A stretch of 64,000 bases of DNA, taken from Armatimonadota bacterium. GTDB taxonomy: Bacteria; Armatimonadota; Zipacnadia; Zipacnadales; UBA5352. Under the pieces are notes generated by a model. The model was not told the origin of the DNA. It saw nothing but the letters and a program-made list of their open reading frames with translations, and did not search any database. Made by a program: the position numbers and the translations under genes. This document shows positions 47,050-56,696 of the stretch, one piece after another. Each line of letters starts with the position of its first letter. The stretch's first letter is position 1. The stretch covers positions 18,021-82,020 of the forward strand of contig JAYENL010000130.1 of the NCBI GenBank assembly GCA_034722055.1, written 5' to 3'.

Positions 47050-48069
47050 CTACCGCGCGTCCTCTCCACGCTCGGGGGCTTCGCTGGTACGGGAGGGAGG
47101 CACCGCCTCGCGGCTGCGGCGCTCGTTCTCCGACATGAGCTGCAGCTCCTTGACGCGCTGCAGCGTGTCCTGCACCAGCTTGCGGTTGGCCCCAATGAGG
47201 TCCGCCAGCACCCCCACCACCACGCTCAGCGCCCCCACCATCACCAGCATGGCGCCCACAATGACTGACTGCACGTGGCCGGTGCCCTCGCCGATGGCCA
47301 TGAAGTACAGGTAACGGATGCCCAGCGCCACGCCCAGGCCGGCGAACACCGCCCCCACGATGTTGAAGAAGACCCCCGGCTGGTAGAGGGCGTAGATGCG
47401 CAGGATGGTGCCGACCGACCGGCGGATATACTCCGGGATGCTGCGGAAGAGGCGGGACTCTCGCGTCGTGGGGTTGGTCCGGATGGGCACCTCGGCGACG
47501 GCCAGCCCGCTGCGCCCCGCCTGGATCAGCGTCTCGTGGGTGTAGGTGAAGTCCGAGACGACCGTCAGCCCCATGGCCGCGGCACGGCTGTAGGCCCGAA
47601 AGCCGCTGGTGGCGTCAGAGATGTCGGTGGCCGAGACCTTGCGCACCACCCAGCTTCCCAGCCGCTGCAGCCGCCTCTTGGCCCAGGAGAACTCCTCGAT
47701 CTCATCGATGGGCCGCGCCCCCACCACCATGTCGGCCTCGCGGGCCACGATGGGCCGCACCAGATCCGGGATGCACTCGCCGCCGTACTGGTTGTCGGCA
47801 TCGGTGTTGACGATGACGTCGGCGCCCAGCCGCAGGGCCGCCTCGATCCCGGCGCTCCAGGCGGCTGCGAGGCCGCGGTTCTGGGCGAAGCTGACGATGT
47901 GGTGGGCGCCGGCCTCCCGCGCCGCCTTCACCGTGTCGTCGGTGGACCCGTCGTCGATGATGAGGATCTGGACCTCGTCCACGCCCGCGATCTCGCGGGG
48001 GATATCCGCGATGGTCTCGCCGATGGTCTGCTCCTCATTCAGACACGGGATCTGGACGATGAGCTTCAT
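47050..48069 (-). CDS. GT2 glycosyltransferase
   Basis: MKLIVQIPCLNEE..IDDGSTD..NTDADNQY..DATSGFRAY. Confidence 0.9.
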   Translation of the reverse strand: MKLIVQIPCLNEEQTIGETIADIPREIAGVDEVQILIIDDGSTDDTVKAAREAGAHHIVSFAQNRGLAAAWSAGIEAALRLGADVIVNTDADNQYGGECIPDLVRPIVAREADMVVGARPIDEIEEFSWAKRRLQRLGSWVVRKVSATDISDATSGFRAYSRAAAMGLTVVSDFTYTHETLIQAGRSGLAVAEVPIRTNPTTRESRLFRSIPEYIRRSVGTILRIYALYQPGVFFNIVGAVFAGLGVALGIRYLYFMAIGEGTGHVQSVIVGAMLVMVGALSVVVGVLADLIGANRKLVQDTLQRVKELQLMSENERRSREAVPPSRTSEAPERGEDAR

Positions 48070-48206
48070 CTCGGCCCCCGTGGCAGAGCGTCGCTGAGCG
48101 TGGCTCCGGGACTCTACGGCATCACCGAGTGTTGCGCCAACGGCGGGTCGCCGCGCCGGCCAGTATACACGATGCCTACCGCACTCGCAATAGCGTGAGG
48201 ACCGCG

Positions 48207-49190
48207 TCAGGGCCGCTCGGCGGGCGCCTCGGCCTCCTCCAGCGACTTCGGCCCGGGGACGCCTGCGGGCAACACCCACGCCAGGCCGATAGCCGACATC
48301 TCCGCCAGGGTGCGCCACACCCGCGCCACCAGCGCAAGCACACCCGGGCCGGGCACCGCTCCCGTCAGCGCCAGCACGCCCGCCAGCGTGGCATCGGAGA
48401 CGCCCAGGCCGACCGGCGCGAAGACGGTCAGCGTGCTGCCTATCTGGGAGATCATCAGCGAGATGGCCAGCCCCGGGAAGTCCCACAGCGGCGCCCCCAG
48501 CGTGCCCCGGGTGAGCAGGTAGAAGCCTGACGTGTAGAGCGCCCAGAAGACCAGGTAGCCCGCCAGCAGCGCCGCGATCCTTCCCGCTCCCAGCTCGCGA
48601 GGCAGCTCGGGCCTGCCGAGCGTGCGCAGCACGAAGTTCCCGAGGCGGTTGAAGACCGCCGGATGCGCCACCACCGCCGAGACCAGCAGCATCATTGCCA
48701 GCGCCGCCATGTAGGACTGCCCCACTCCCATGTGGTACAGTCCCAGCCCCGCCAGCAGCGCCGCCACCAGATTCCGCAGCAGCGTCTCCAGGACCACGCT
48801 GCCCGCCACCGGCACCTTGGGGACACCATAGCGGCCCGCGATCTCGGCCCGGAAGATGAGAATCACCACCTTCCCGGGCACGTAGTTCCCCAGCAGCGAG
48901 ACAACCGCCGCCCTCATGCCGACCGCGGCGCCGATCGTGTAGCCCAGACCCCGGATCATCACCACCCACAGCAGCCCCTGCCAGAAGAAGGCCACCACCA
49001 CGCACAGCACCGACAGGGCGATCAGGCGGGGGCTGACCTCCAGCTCTGCCCACTGGATGCGCCCAACGTCGTGCCATGCCCGCCAGCCCACCCATGCCAG
49101 CAGGGCCAGCACCGCCAGCATCGCCGCGATCCGCTTCAGCAGCGATCGCACCGGGCGGCCAGATTGTGCGCGGTTGTGCGTGTCCGCCAT
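48207..49190 (-). CDS. flippase-like / lysylphosphatidylglycerol synthase TM (UPF0104) protein
   Basis: SLLGNYVPGKV..R, FAPVGLGVSD, multiple TM helices. Confidence 0.75.
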   Translation of the reverse strand: MADTHNRAQSGRPVRSLLKRIAAMLAVLALLAWVGWRAWHDVGRIQWAELEVSPRLIALSVLCVVVAFFWQGLLWVVMIRGLGYTIGAAVGMRAAVVSLLGNYVPGKVVILIFRAEIAGRYGVPKVPVAGSVVLETLLRNLVAALLAGLGLYHMGVGQSYMAALAMMLLVSAVVAHPAVFNRLGNFVLRTLGRPELPRELGAGRIAALLAGYLVFWALYTSGFYLLTRGTLGAPLWDFPGLAISLMISQIGSTLTVFAPVGLGVSDATLAGVLALTGAVPGPGVLALVARVWRTLAEMSAIGLAWVLPAGVPGPKSLEEAEAPAERP

Positions 49191-49427
49191 CAGCTCACCC
49201 GGGGCATTCGGAGGATGAAGAGCCCGCAGCCTCGATAGGCCTCGCAGCGGCTGCGCAGCGTCCGGCCGCTCGTTCGTCGCCTCCCACGTCCCCACCTTCC
49301 GCGTCCTGCAAGGGCTTCGATGCTCCCGTCCTCGGGGGCCCCCTCGGTCAGCACCGCGCCTACCTCGGTCTTGCCTCAGGGTCACACAGGTCCCGGTCCC
49401 GCCGGCGGTGAATGCCCTCTGACAGCT

Positions 49428-49910
49428 ATGAGAGTCGACGATGACGCCACAGCCGAGGGCGACGAGGCCAGTACCTGGTCGATCGGCCACAGCAACCGCG
49501 ATCTGGCGGAGTTCATCGAGGCCCTGCGTGACGCGAACATCGAGGTGCTCGTGGACGTGCGGCGCTGGCCCACCAGCCGCTTCCCGCACTTCAACCGGGA
49601 GGAGCTGGCCGACGCCCTCGCCGAGCACGGTATCGAGTACCGATGGATGGGCGAGAGCCTGGGCGGGTATCGCAGCGGCGGCTATGCGCGGCACATGGAG
49701 AGCGAGGAGTTCGCAGAGGCTATCGAGGAGCTGCAGGAACTGGGCCGGCGTTGGCGCACGGCCTTCATGTGCGCCGAGAAGCTCCCCTGGCGCTGCCACC
49801 GGCGGTTCATCGCCGACGCCCTGGTCGAACGGGGCTGGAGGGTCGTGCACATCATCGAGCCCGGCCGCACCTGGGAGCCCACCGGCCGTCAGGAGAGCAT
49901 GGACCTGTAG
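49428..49910 (+). CDS. DUF488 family protein
   Basis: SIGHSNR..LVDVRRWPTSR.PHF..LGG.R..MCAEKLPWRCHRRFIADAL. Confidence 0.88.
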   Translation: MRVDDDATAEGDEASTWSIGHSNRDLAEFIEALRDANIEVLVDVRRWPTSRFPHFNREELADALAEHGIEYRWMGESLGGYRSGGYARHMESEEFAEAIEELQELGRRWRTAFMCAEKLPWRCHRRFIADALVERGWRVVHIIEPGRTWEPTGRQESMDL

Positions 49911-49963
49911 TCCGGCCACCCGCGTGCATCGGCCGCCGGCCCAGCGGCGTCCCAGCCTCCAGC

Positions 49964-50974
49964 TTACCGCGAGTGAAGGAACTCCTGCACCTCAGGCATG
50001 GTGGGGATGCCCGCCCGGCCGCCCAGCGATCGGCACTTCATAGCCCCTACGGCCGACGCGAACCGCAGGTTCTCGCGCAGGCCGTAGCCGAGCGCGATGC
50101 CGTAGGCGAAGGCCCCGTGGAAGACGTCCCCCGCGCCGGTGGTGTCCACGATAGGCTCGACGGGGATCGCCGGCTGGCCGATGACCTCGCCGGCGGTGAA
50201 CGCCACGCAGCCCTCGGGGCCGCGTGTGATAACGACCACGTCCGGGCCGCGCGCCAGCATCGCCCGGCCCGCCTGCTGGATCTGCTCCTCGCCCGTGAAC
50301 TGCTTCGCGTACCGCTCCGGGACGACGGGATGTGAGGCGTTGGCGATCAGTACCTCATCCTGAGCCTGCGGGCGCTCCAGGTCCAGCACCACCGGCACGC
50401 CGGCTTCCCGCGCCCAGCGCACCGCCGCGGTGGCAGCCACGTTGTGGTGGCCGTCCACCAGCACACAGCGGCAGTCCAGCAGCGCCTCCCGGTCGAGGTC
50501 CTCGGGCGCGAACTTCCCCTTGGTGCCGTGGATGTAGAAGATGGTCCGCTTCCCGGTCTCCTGATCAATGGCGCAGAATGCGAACTGTGAGGTGGCGTTC
50601 GGCACCTCCACCAGCCAGGTGGTGTCCACGCCCTCCTCCTCGAAGGTCCGCCGGATGTGGCCGCCGAACTCGCCGTCGCCGATGCGGGCGAAGATGGCCG
50701 CGCGCCCGCCCAGCCGGGCCACAGTCGCGATGCCCGTGCCCGCCTGGCCGCCGCCCTGCTGCGACAGCTCGCTCATGGCGACCTTCTCGTCGAGGTCGGG
50801 GTAGAACGGGATGATGCCCAGCAGGTCCCAGCAGACCCCTCCCAGGGCGATGACGTCGAAGCTGGGCGCGCGGTCGGTGGCGATGGCGATCGCATCCCTT
50901 CGCGGATGACGCTGAGCCGGGGTTTCGCCGGATGGGGGGGATTCCCTTGCCAGAATGGGCCCGCCACGGTACAA
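49964..50974 (-). CDS. PfkB family carbohydrate kinase (true start probably near 50884)
   Basis: GGGQAG..ARLG..IGDGEFG..ITRGPEG..DTTGAGDVFHGAF. Confidence 0.88.
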   Translation of the reverse strand: MYRGGPILARESPPSGETPAQRHPRRDAIAIATDRAPSFDVIALGGVCWDLLGIIPFYPDLDEKVAMSELSQQGGGQAGTGIATVARLGGRAAIFARIGDGEFGGHIRRTFEEEGVDTTWLVEVPNATSQFAFCAIDQETGKRTIFYIHGTKGKFAPEDLDREALLDCRCVLVDGHHNVAATAAVRWAREAGVPVVLDLERPQAQDEVLIANASHPVVPERYAKQFTGEEQIQQAGRAMLARGPDVVVITRGPEGCVAFTAGEVIGQPAIPVEPIVDTTGAGDVFHGAFAYGIALGYGLRENLRFASAVGAMKCRSLGGRAGIPTMPEVQEFLHSR

Positions 50975-51048
50975 TCCCGCAACTCGTCAGCGCCGTCGCT
51001 GGAGACTCTCGTGAAAAGTGCCTATGTCGCGACATGGGAGGTCCACCC

Positions 51049-51549
51049 GTGTGGCGTTCTCTGTTTGAGGCCGTGAGAGATGCCATCCCGCCACCAGCCG
51101 TGGTGGCCCTGCTGTCGGCGGCGCCGATCAGCGAGGTGCGCGGGGGCATCCCGGCCGGCCTGTTGCTCGATATGCCGCTTGCGGAGATCCTCCCCATCGC
51201 GATCATCGCCAACGTCGTCATCGTGATACCGGTGCTGCTGTGGTTCAACCCCCTGGCCGACTGGCTGATCGAGCGCGGCATCCTCACCGGCATCATCCGC
51301 CGGCTCATCGCCAGGGCGCGGTCGAAGAAGCCCATGGTGGACAAGTACGGGGTGTTCGCCGTCACGCTCTTCGTGGCGATACCCCTTCCCGTGACCGGGG
51401 CGTGGACGGGCGCGCTGGTGGCCTCGGTCTTCAAGATGGACTTCTGGCGCGCTCTGGCCTGCATGCTCCTCGGCGTGATCATCGCCAGCATCATCGTGAC
51501 GCTTCTGTATCTCGGCGGCGTGTGGGTCTGCGACACGGCCGCCGCCTGA
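51049..51549 (+). CDS. small multi-drug export family membrane protein (COG2426)
   Basis: PISEVRGGIP..FVAIPLPVTGAWTG; GGGAGGT RBS. Confidence 0.85.
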   Translation: MWRSLFEAVRDAIPPPAVVALLSAAPISEVRGGIPAGLLLDMPLAEILPIAIIANVVIVIPVLLWFNPLADWLIERGILTGIIRRLIARARSKKPMVDKYGVFAVTLFVAIPLPVTGAWTGALVASVFKMDFWRALACMLLGVIIASIIVTLLYLGGVWVCDTAAA

Positions 51550-51651
51550 TACCCTTCGGAGCGGCGATCCTCGCAGGCAAGCATTGAAGTAGGTCCGGCG
51601 CCCTCCGGCCCACCCCGCTTTGGCACTGCGCGATAGCCGCAGGTCGTGCGG

Positions 51652-51859
51652 CACGGCGGCGCGCTCCGCAAACGGCAGGGCGGGCTGGGCAGCCCGCCCC
51701 TCCGTACGGCATTCATGCCCCGCGCCGGGGTCGTTGTCATTTCCGTACGGAGCGGCGGCGCGCCTACGCCGCCGGCCGTTGCCGTCCGTCGTTTCCGTAC
51801 GGAGCGGCGGCGCGCTCGGCAAACGGCAGGGCGGGCTGGGCAGCCCGCCCCTCCCTACG
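51652..51859. repeat. REP-like palindrome cluster (two copies of the 17067 hairpin plus duplicated TTTCCGTACGGAGCGGCGGCGCGC)
   Basis: CAAACGGCAGGGCGGGCTGGGCAGCCCGCCCCTCC(G/C)TAC at about 51669-51707 and 51820-51858. Confidence 0.75.
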
Positions 51860-51978
51860 ACTCTGGATTGCCACGGGCGGCTGCGGGCGTTTCCGTCGCC
51901 GGCATCCGCCGGCTTGCCGCTCCCTCGCGGCCTGTGATATACTCTGCCCCACCACGCAATCCTGAGGGAGTGATCGGG

Positions 51979-52413
51979 TTGTCCGGCGAGCAGCGGGCCG
52001 CCGAGCGCGACGCAGGGGGCTTCGACATTGCTGGCGGCGTCATCGGGATCCTGGTCTTTCTGGCCGGAATCGCCATGATCATCATGGTCTTCACCTGGGT
52101 CCGTGGCGTCTTCGACGGCGTCGATGAGCAGGTCCAGCAGGTGCGCTCAGCCCGTGCAGCGGCGGCGGCCGCCCAGCAGGCCGCGACGCCGGGCGAGGAG
52201 CAGCCCGCAGGAGGCGCCGAGGCCGGCGCCCCGGAGCCGGGGGCCACCTCCGCCAGCGTCGTAGCCACCCCGCATCAGGGCCCGACCATCGCCGACGTGG
52301 GCGTGACCATCGGGCTGAAGATGCTGGGGCTGCTGGTGCTGGGCTGGCTGGGGGCGCTGGTGGCCTCCAAGGGCGCCCAGCTCGCCGGGGCCCATCGCGG
52401 GAAGCGGAAGTGA
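51979..52413 (+). CDS. hypothetical two-TM membrane protein
   Basis: Two hydrophobic helices around an Ala/Pro-rich linker; GAGGGAG RBS before TTG. Confidence 0.65.
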   Translation: MSGEQRAAERDAGGFDIAGGVIGILVFLAGIAMIIMVFTWVRGVFDGVDEQVQQVRSARAAAAAAQQAATPGEEQPAGGAEAGAPEPGATSASVVATPHQGPTIADVGVTIGLKMLGLLVLGWLGALVASKGAQLAGAHRGKRK

Positions 52414-52417
52414 TAGC

Positions 52418-52711
52418 TTGCCTGGCGAGGGCGACCGACGGCTGGAGGCAACAGTCCACGGCCGCGTACAGGGCGTGGGCTTCCGCTACTTCGTGCGACA
52501 GCGCGCCACCAGCCTGGGGCTGAGGGGCTGGGTTCGCAACCGCCGCGGGGGAGCCGTCGAGGTAGTCGCCGAGGGGCCGGAGGAGGACGTGAGGAAGCTG
52601 CTGGCCGCCGTGCGCGAGGGCCCGCCCATGGCCTGGGTGGAGCGCGTGGACGAGGCGTGGACAGAGCCGAAGGGCAATTCAATCGGCTTCGACGTCAAAC
52701 ACACCATCTGA
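52418..52711 (+). CDS. acyP: acylphosphatase
   Basis: GRVQGVGFR..GWVRN..GAVEVVAEG..GPPMA. Confidence 0.92.
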   Translation: MPGEGDRRLEATVHGRVQGVGFRYFVRQRATSLGLRGWVRNRRGGAVEVVAEGPEEDVRKLLAAVREGPPMAWVERVDEAWTEPKGNSIGFDVKHTI

Positions 52712-52752
52712 TCCAGTCCAGGCCCGGCTTGGCCGGGAGAGCGGGGCGCATC

Positions 52753-53775
52753 GTGACCGCCGCCGACAGCAGCGGAGCCGTCCTGGTCGTCGATGACGAG
52801 CCGCAGATACGCTCGGTCTGTCAGGAGGCCCTGGAGAAGGCGGGCTACGAGGTCGTCACCGCCGCCGATGGGGCCAGCGGGCTGCAGGCGCTCGAGGGCC
52901 GGCAGTTCGACGCCGCCGTCCTCGACATCGTCCTGCCCGACACCGACGGGCTGCAGCTGCTGCGGGCGGTCAGAGAGCGCGACGAGGACGTCGTGGTCGT
53001 GCTGGTGACCGGGTTCGCCACGCTGGACACGGCCATGGAGGCCGTGCGGCTGGGGGCCTACGAGTACGTCCGCAAGCCCTTCGGGGCATCCGACCTGGTG
53101 CGCATCATCAGGCGTGGCCTCGAGGGGCGCAGGCTCAAGGGCCGCAATGAGGAGCTGCTGGAGGAGCTCCGGCGCGCCAACGAGGAGCTGCTGCAGCAGC
53201 AGGAGCAGCTTCAGGAGCGCATGCGCATCGCCACCGACGACCTCACGGCCTTCGTCGAGCTGGGCAGGCGCCTGGCCGAGGGCGGGGATCTCACGCAGAC
53301 GCTGCGCGCCATGCTGCGGGCCGGCATGCAGATCACGCGCGCCCGGGCCGCGGCCGTCTACCGCGTCCATCAGCAGCCCCCGCGGCTGCGGGGGCTGGTT
53401 GCCGAGGGGATGGCGGAGCGTGACGTGGTTGGCGTGCAGCTGCCGATGGGCGAGGGCCTGCTGGGTCGCGCCGCTGCCGGCGGCGCACAGATCGAGAACG
53501 ATGTGCTGGCCGGTCCCATCGCTGACGACCAGCATCTGAGCTTCCTGGGGGTGCAGTCGGTGCTGGCCGCGCCGCTGGTCTGCGCTGACGTGGTGGTGGG
53601 GGTGGTGGCCTTCTTCGACCAGGAGAGCGGGGGCTTCTCCGAGGAGAGCATGGACCTCGTCCGGGTGCTCTCCTCCCAGGCCGCGCGCGTGGTGGAGGCG
53701 CTCGCCGAGGCCGACGAGGACGATCGTGGGGAGCCCGACAGCGGGGAGTTCGTGGACCTGACTGACCTGCTCTGA
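52753..53775 (+). CDS. response regulator: REC, coiled coil, GAF
   Basis: VLVVDDE..VLDIVLP..VTG..YVRKPF; GEGLLGRAA..SVLAAPL..VVGV..FSEES. Confidence 0.85.
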   Translation: MTAADSSGAVLVVDDEPQIRSVCQEALEKAGYEVVTAADGASGLQALEGRQFDAAVLDIVLPDTDGLQLLRAVRERDEDVVVVLVTGFATLDTAMEAVRLGAYEYVRKPFGASDLVRIIRRGLEGRRLKGRNEELLEELRRANEELLQQQEQLQERMRIATDDLTAFVELGRRLAEGGDLTQTLRAMLRAGMQITRARAAAVYRVHQQPPRLRGLVAEGMAERDVVGVQLPMGEGLLGRAAAGGAQIENDVLAGPIADDQHLSFLGVQSVLAAPLVCADVVVGVVAFFDQESGGFSEESMDLVRVLSSQAARVVEALAEADEDDRGEPDSGEFVDLTDLL

Positions 53776-53797
53776 GCCGCCACGGCCGGAGGTGTTC

Positions 53798-54562
53798 ATG
53801 TCTCAGACCCAGCGGCGGTCGCCTGCCTGGTGGCGGGAGTTCTTCGAGAGCGCGGATTGCATCCCCCTCTCGTTCTTCCCCGGCGAGGAGGAGACCCGGC
53901 GGCAGGTGCAGGGGCTCCGCCAGCTCCTGGAGCTTAGCGCGGGTGAGCGCATCGCCGACGTCTGCTGTGGCATGGGACGCCACGCCATCCCGCTGGCCGA
54001 GGGGGGCGCCACCGTTGTGGGCGTGGATGTCTCGGCCTTGATGCTGCGCATCGCCGAGACGCTCGCCGAAGACACAGACGGCCTGCACCTGGTGCAGGGT
54101 GACGCCGCGCGACTGCCCCTGCGCTCGAGCTGCATGGACGTGGTGCTGAACCTGTTCAACAGCTTCGGGTACTTCGAGGACGAAAGGCAGAACGCTCGGG
54201 TGTTGGAGGAAGCCAGGCGCTGCCTCCGTCCGGGCGGTCGCTTCCTGCTGGAGACCCGCAACCGCGCCTACCAGATCCTCTACGCGCCCTACTACCAGGA
54301 GGTCGAGCTCGCCGACGGCAGCCCCGCGGTTATCCGCTGCCGCTACGATGAGGGCAGCCACCGCCTCTCCAGCAGGTGGACCGACCCCGACGATCCGGAC
54401 GAGATCCTCTACCGGGCGTCGATCCGGCTCTACGACCTCGACGAGCTGCGGGAGATGTTCCACGCCGCCGGCCTGCAGATCGAGGGCGTCTTCGGGCAGT
54501 ACGACGGCCGGCCCTTCGAGGGCTGGGAGCGCATGCTGATCCTGCTGGCGCACAAGCGATGA
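53798..54562 (+). CDS. class I SAM-dependent methyltransferase
   Basis: IADVCCGMGRHA..GVD..LFNSFGYF..LRPGGRF. Confidence 0.88.
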   Translation: MSQTQRRSPAWWREFFESADCIPLSFFPGEEETRRQVQGLRQLLELSAGERIADVCCGMGRHAIPLAEGGATVVGVDVSALMLRIAETLAEDTDGLHLVQGDAARLPLRSSCMDVVLNLFNSFGYFEDERQNARVLEEARRCLRPGGRFLLETRNRAYQILYAPYYQEVELADGSPAVIRCRYDEGSHRLSSRWTDPDDPDEILYRASIRLYDLDELREMFHAAGLQIEGVFGQYDGRPFEGWERMLILLAHKR

Positions 54563-54579
54563 CCGGGCGCGGAGATGAC

Positions 54580-55500
54580 ATGACCGAGCACTTCGCGGAC
54601 AGGCTCATGGCCGCCATCGAGGCGAAGAACAGCCGGGTGTGCGTGGGCCTCGACCCCGTGCCCGAGCGGCTGCCCGATGTGCTGCACCCGACAGAGGGCG
54701 GGTGGACGGAGCGATCCATCGCCAGGGCCTGCCAGAAGTTCTGCAGCCGCATCCTGCGCGCCGTGGCCGATCACGCAGCGGTGGCCAAGCTCAACTCCGC
54801 GTTCTTCGAGGCCCTCAGCCCCCTGGGCGTGGGGCTGCTGGAGGCCCTGGTGGCCACGGCGTCCGACCTGGGCCTGATCACCGTCCTGGACGCCAAGCGC
54901 AGCGACATCGGCTCCACGGCCGCCGCCTACGCCCGGGCCGTCTTCGGCCGCTATCCGGCCGAGCAGGGCGCGGTGCCCGATGCCGTCACCGTCAACCCCT
55001 ACCTGGGCAGCGACGGCGTCCTGCCCTTCCTGGCGGAGGCCGATGAGCTCGGCGCCGGGATCTTCGTGCTGGTGAAGACCTCCAACCCCTCGTCGGCTGA
55101 GCTGCAGGACCTTGACGCCGGGGGCTGGCCGGTCTACCGGCACGTGGCGGAGCTGGTGGAGGCCTGGGGCGAGGAGCGGGTAGGCGGGGGCGGCTACTCC
55201 TCGGTCGGAGCCGTCGTCGGCGCCACCCACCCCAGGGAGCTGGCCGAGCTGCGGGAGGCCATGCCGCGCACGCCGCTGCTGGTACCCGGATACGGGGCGC
55301 AGGGCGGCGGCGCCGAGGACGTCGTCGCCGCCTTCGACGAGAATGGGCTCGGCGCCATCGTCAACTCCTCCCGCGGCATCATCTACGCCGCATCCAGCGA
55401 GCCGTACCGCGAGCGCTTCGGCCCCGACGAGTTCGATCGGGCGGCGGCCGAGGCCGCGAAGAATATGCGCCGGGCCATCAACCAGGCCATCGGGGCCTGA
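54580..55500 (+). CDS. pyrF: orotidine-5'-phosphate decarboxylase (subfamily 2)
   Basis: CVGLDP, LDAKRSDIGST, TVNPYLGSD, KTSNP, GAVVGAT, PGYGAQGG, NSSRGI. Confidence 0.95.
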   Translation: MTEHFADRLMAAIEAKNSRVCVGLDPVPERLPDVLHPTEGGWTERSIARACQKFCSRILRAVADHAAVAKLNSAFFEALSPLGVGLLEALVATASDLGLITVLDAKRSDIGSTAAAYARAVFGRYPAEQGAVPDAVTVNPYLGSDGVLPFLAEADELGAGIFVLVKTSNPSSAELQDLDAGGWPVYRHVAELVEAWGEERVGGGGYSSVGAVVGATHPRELAELREAMPRTPLLVPGYGAQGGGAEDVVAAFDENGLGAIVNSSRGIIYAASSEPYRERFGPDEFDRAAAEAAKNMRRAINQAIGA

Positions 55501-55517
55501 GCTGGGGAGGGCCACAC

Positions 55518-56696
55518 GTGTCACTGGCCGGACGCGATCTGATCACCATGTCCGACCTGTCCGTGGCGGAGATCCACCAGCTTCTGGACACCGCCGGGCA
55601 GATGGCCGAGGCCATCGGCTTCGACGATCCCTCCACGCGCCAGAACGTGGCGCGCCTCGACCGCATCATGGCCACCTGCTTCTTCGAGCCCAGCACCCGC
55701 ACGCGGCTGTCCTTCGAGAGCGCCATGCTGCGGCTGGGCGGCGGCGTGCTCGGCTTCGCGGAGGCCGCGGCCTCCTCCGTCGCCAAGGGCGAGAGCGTCG
55801 CGGACACGGCCCGCGTGGTCAGCGGCTACGCCGACATCATGGTCATCCGCCACCCGCTGATGGGCGCCGCGAAGGTGGCCGCCGATGCGGCCTCCATCCC
55901 GGTCATCAACGCCGGGGACGGCCCTCACGCCCATCCCACCCAGACGCTCACCGACCTGTTCTGCATCCAACGCCACAGGGACACCCTCGAGGGCCTCACG
56001 GTGGGGCTCTTCGGCGACCTCAAGTTCGGCCGCACCGTGCATTCGCTGGGGCCGGTGATGGCCCGGCTGGGCTCGCGCGTCATCTGCATCGCGCCCCGGG
56101 AGCTGTCCATGCCCCAGCGTTACCTGGCGCAGATCGAGGAGCTGTCCGGCGAGCGGCCGAGCGAGGTCACGGACATCCGCGCGGCGCTGGATGAGCTGGA
56201 CGTGCTCTACGCCACGCGGGTGCAGGCGGAGCGCTTCGACGACCCCGCGGATGCACAACGGGTGGCGGGCAGCTACGTCGTGGACGCGGAGCTGATGGCG
56301 GAGGCGCCCGAGGACATGATCGTCATGCATCCGCTCCCGCGCGTGGATGAGATCCATCCCGAGATCGATGACGACCCCCGGGCGGTCTACTTCGAGCAGG
56401 CGCACGGGGGCGTGCCCATGCGCATGGCCCTGGTGGCGCATGTGCTGGGGCTGATGGAGGAGCGGCCGGACTTTCGTGGCTTCGAGCGCCGGCAGGAGCC
56501 CCAGGCGGAGGCCGAGCCGGGACGCGCCAGGCCCCAGGCCGAGGCGGAGCGCGTTCCGGCCTCGGCGGTCGGCAGGTGCCCGAACGAGAGGTGCATCACA
56601 TGGGAGGAGCGCTTCCTCGCCGGCTTCTTCCACAGGCTGCCCTCCGGCGACCTGCAGTGCGCCTACTGCGAGGAGATAGTGGACGAGGACTTGTGA
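55518..56696 (+). CDS. pyrB: aspartate carbamoyltransferase catalytic chain with C-terminal PyrI-like zinc domain
   Basis: FFEPSTRTRLSF, KGES, NAGDG..HPTQ, GDLKFGRTVHS, TRVQAER, HPLPR; tail CPNERCIT..CAYCE. Confidence 0.93.
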   Translation: MSLAGRDLITMSDLSVAEIHQLLDTAGQMAEAIGFDDPSTRQNVARLDRIMATCFFEPSTRTRLSFESAMLRLGGGVLGFAEAAASSVAKGESVADTARVVSGYADIMVIRHPLMGAAKVAADAASIPVINAGDGPHAHPTQTLTDLFCIQRHRDTLEGLTVGLFGDLKFGRTVHSLGPVMARLGSRVICIAPRELSMPQRYLAQIEELSGERPSEVTDIRAALDELDVLYATRVQAERFDDPADAQRVAGSYVVDAELMAEAPEDMIVMHPLPRVDEIHPEIDDDPRAVYFEQAHGGVPMRMALVAHVLGLMEERPDFRGFERRQEPQAEAEPGRARPQAEAERVPASAVGRCPNERCITWEERFLAGFFHRLPSGDLQCAYCEEIVDEDL

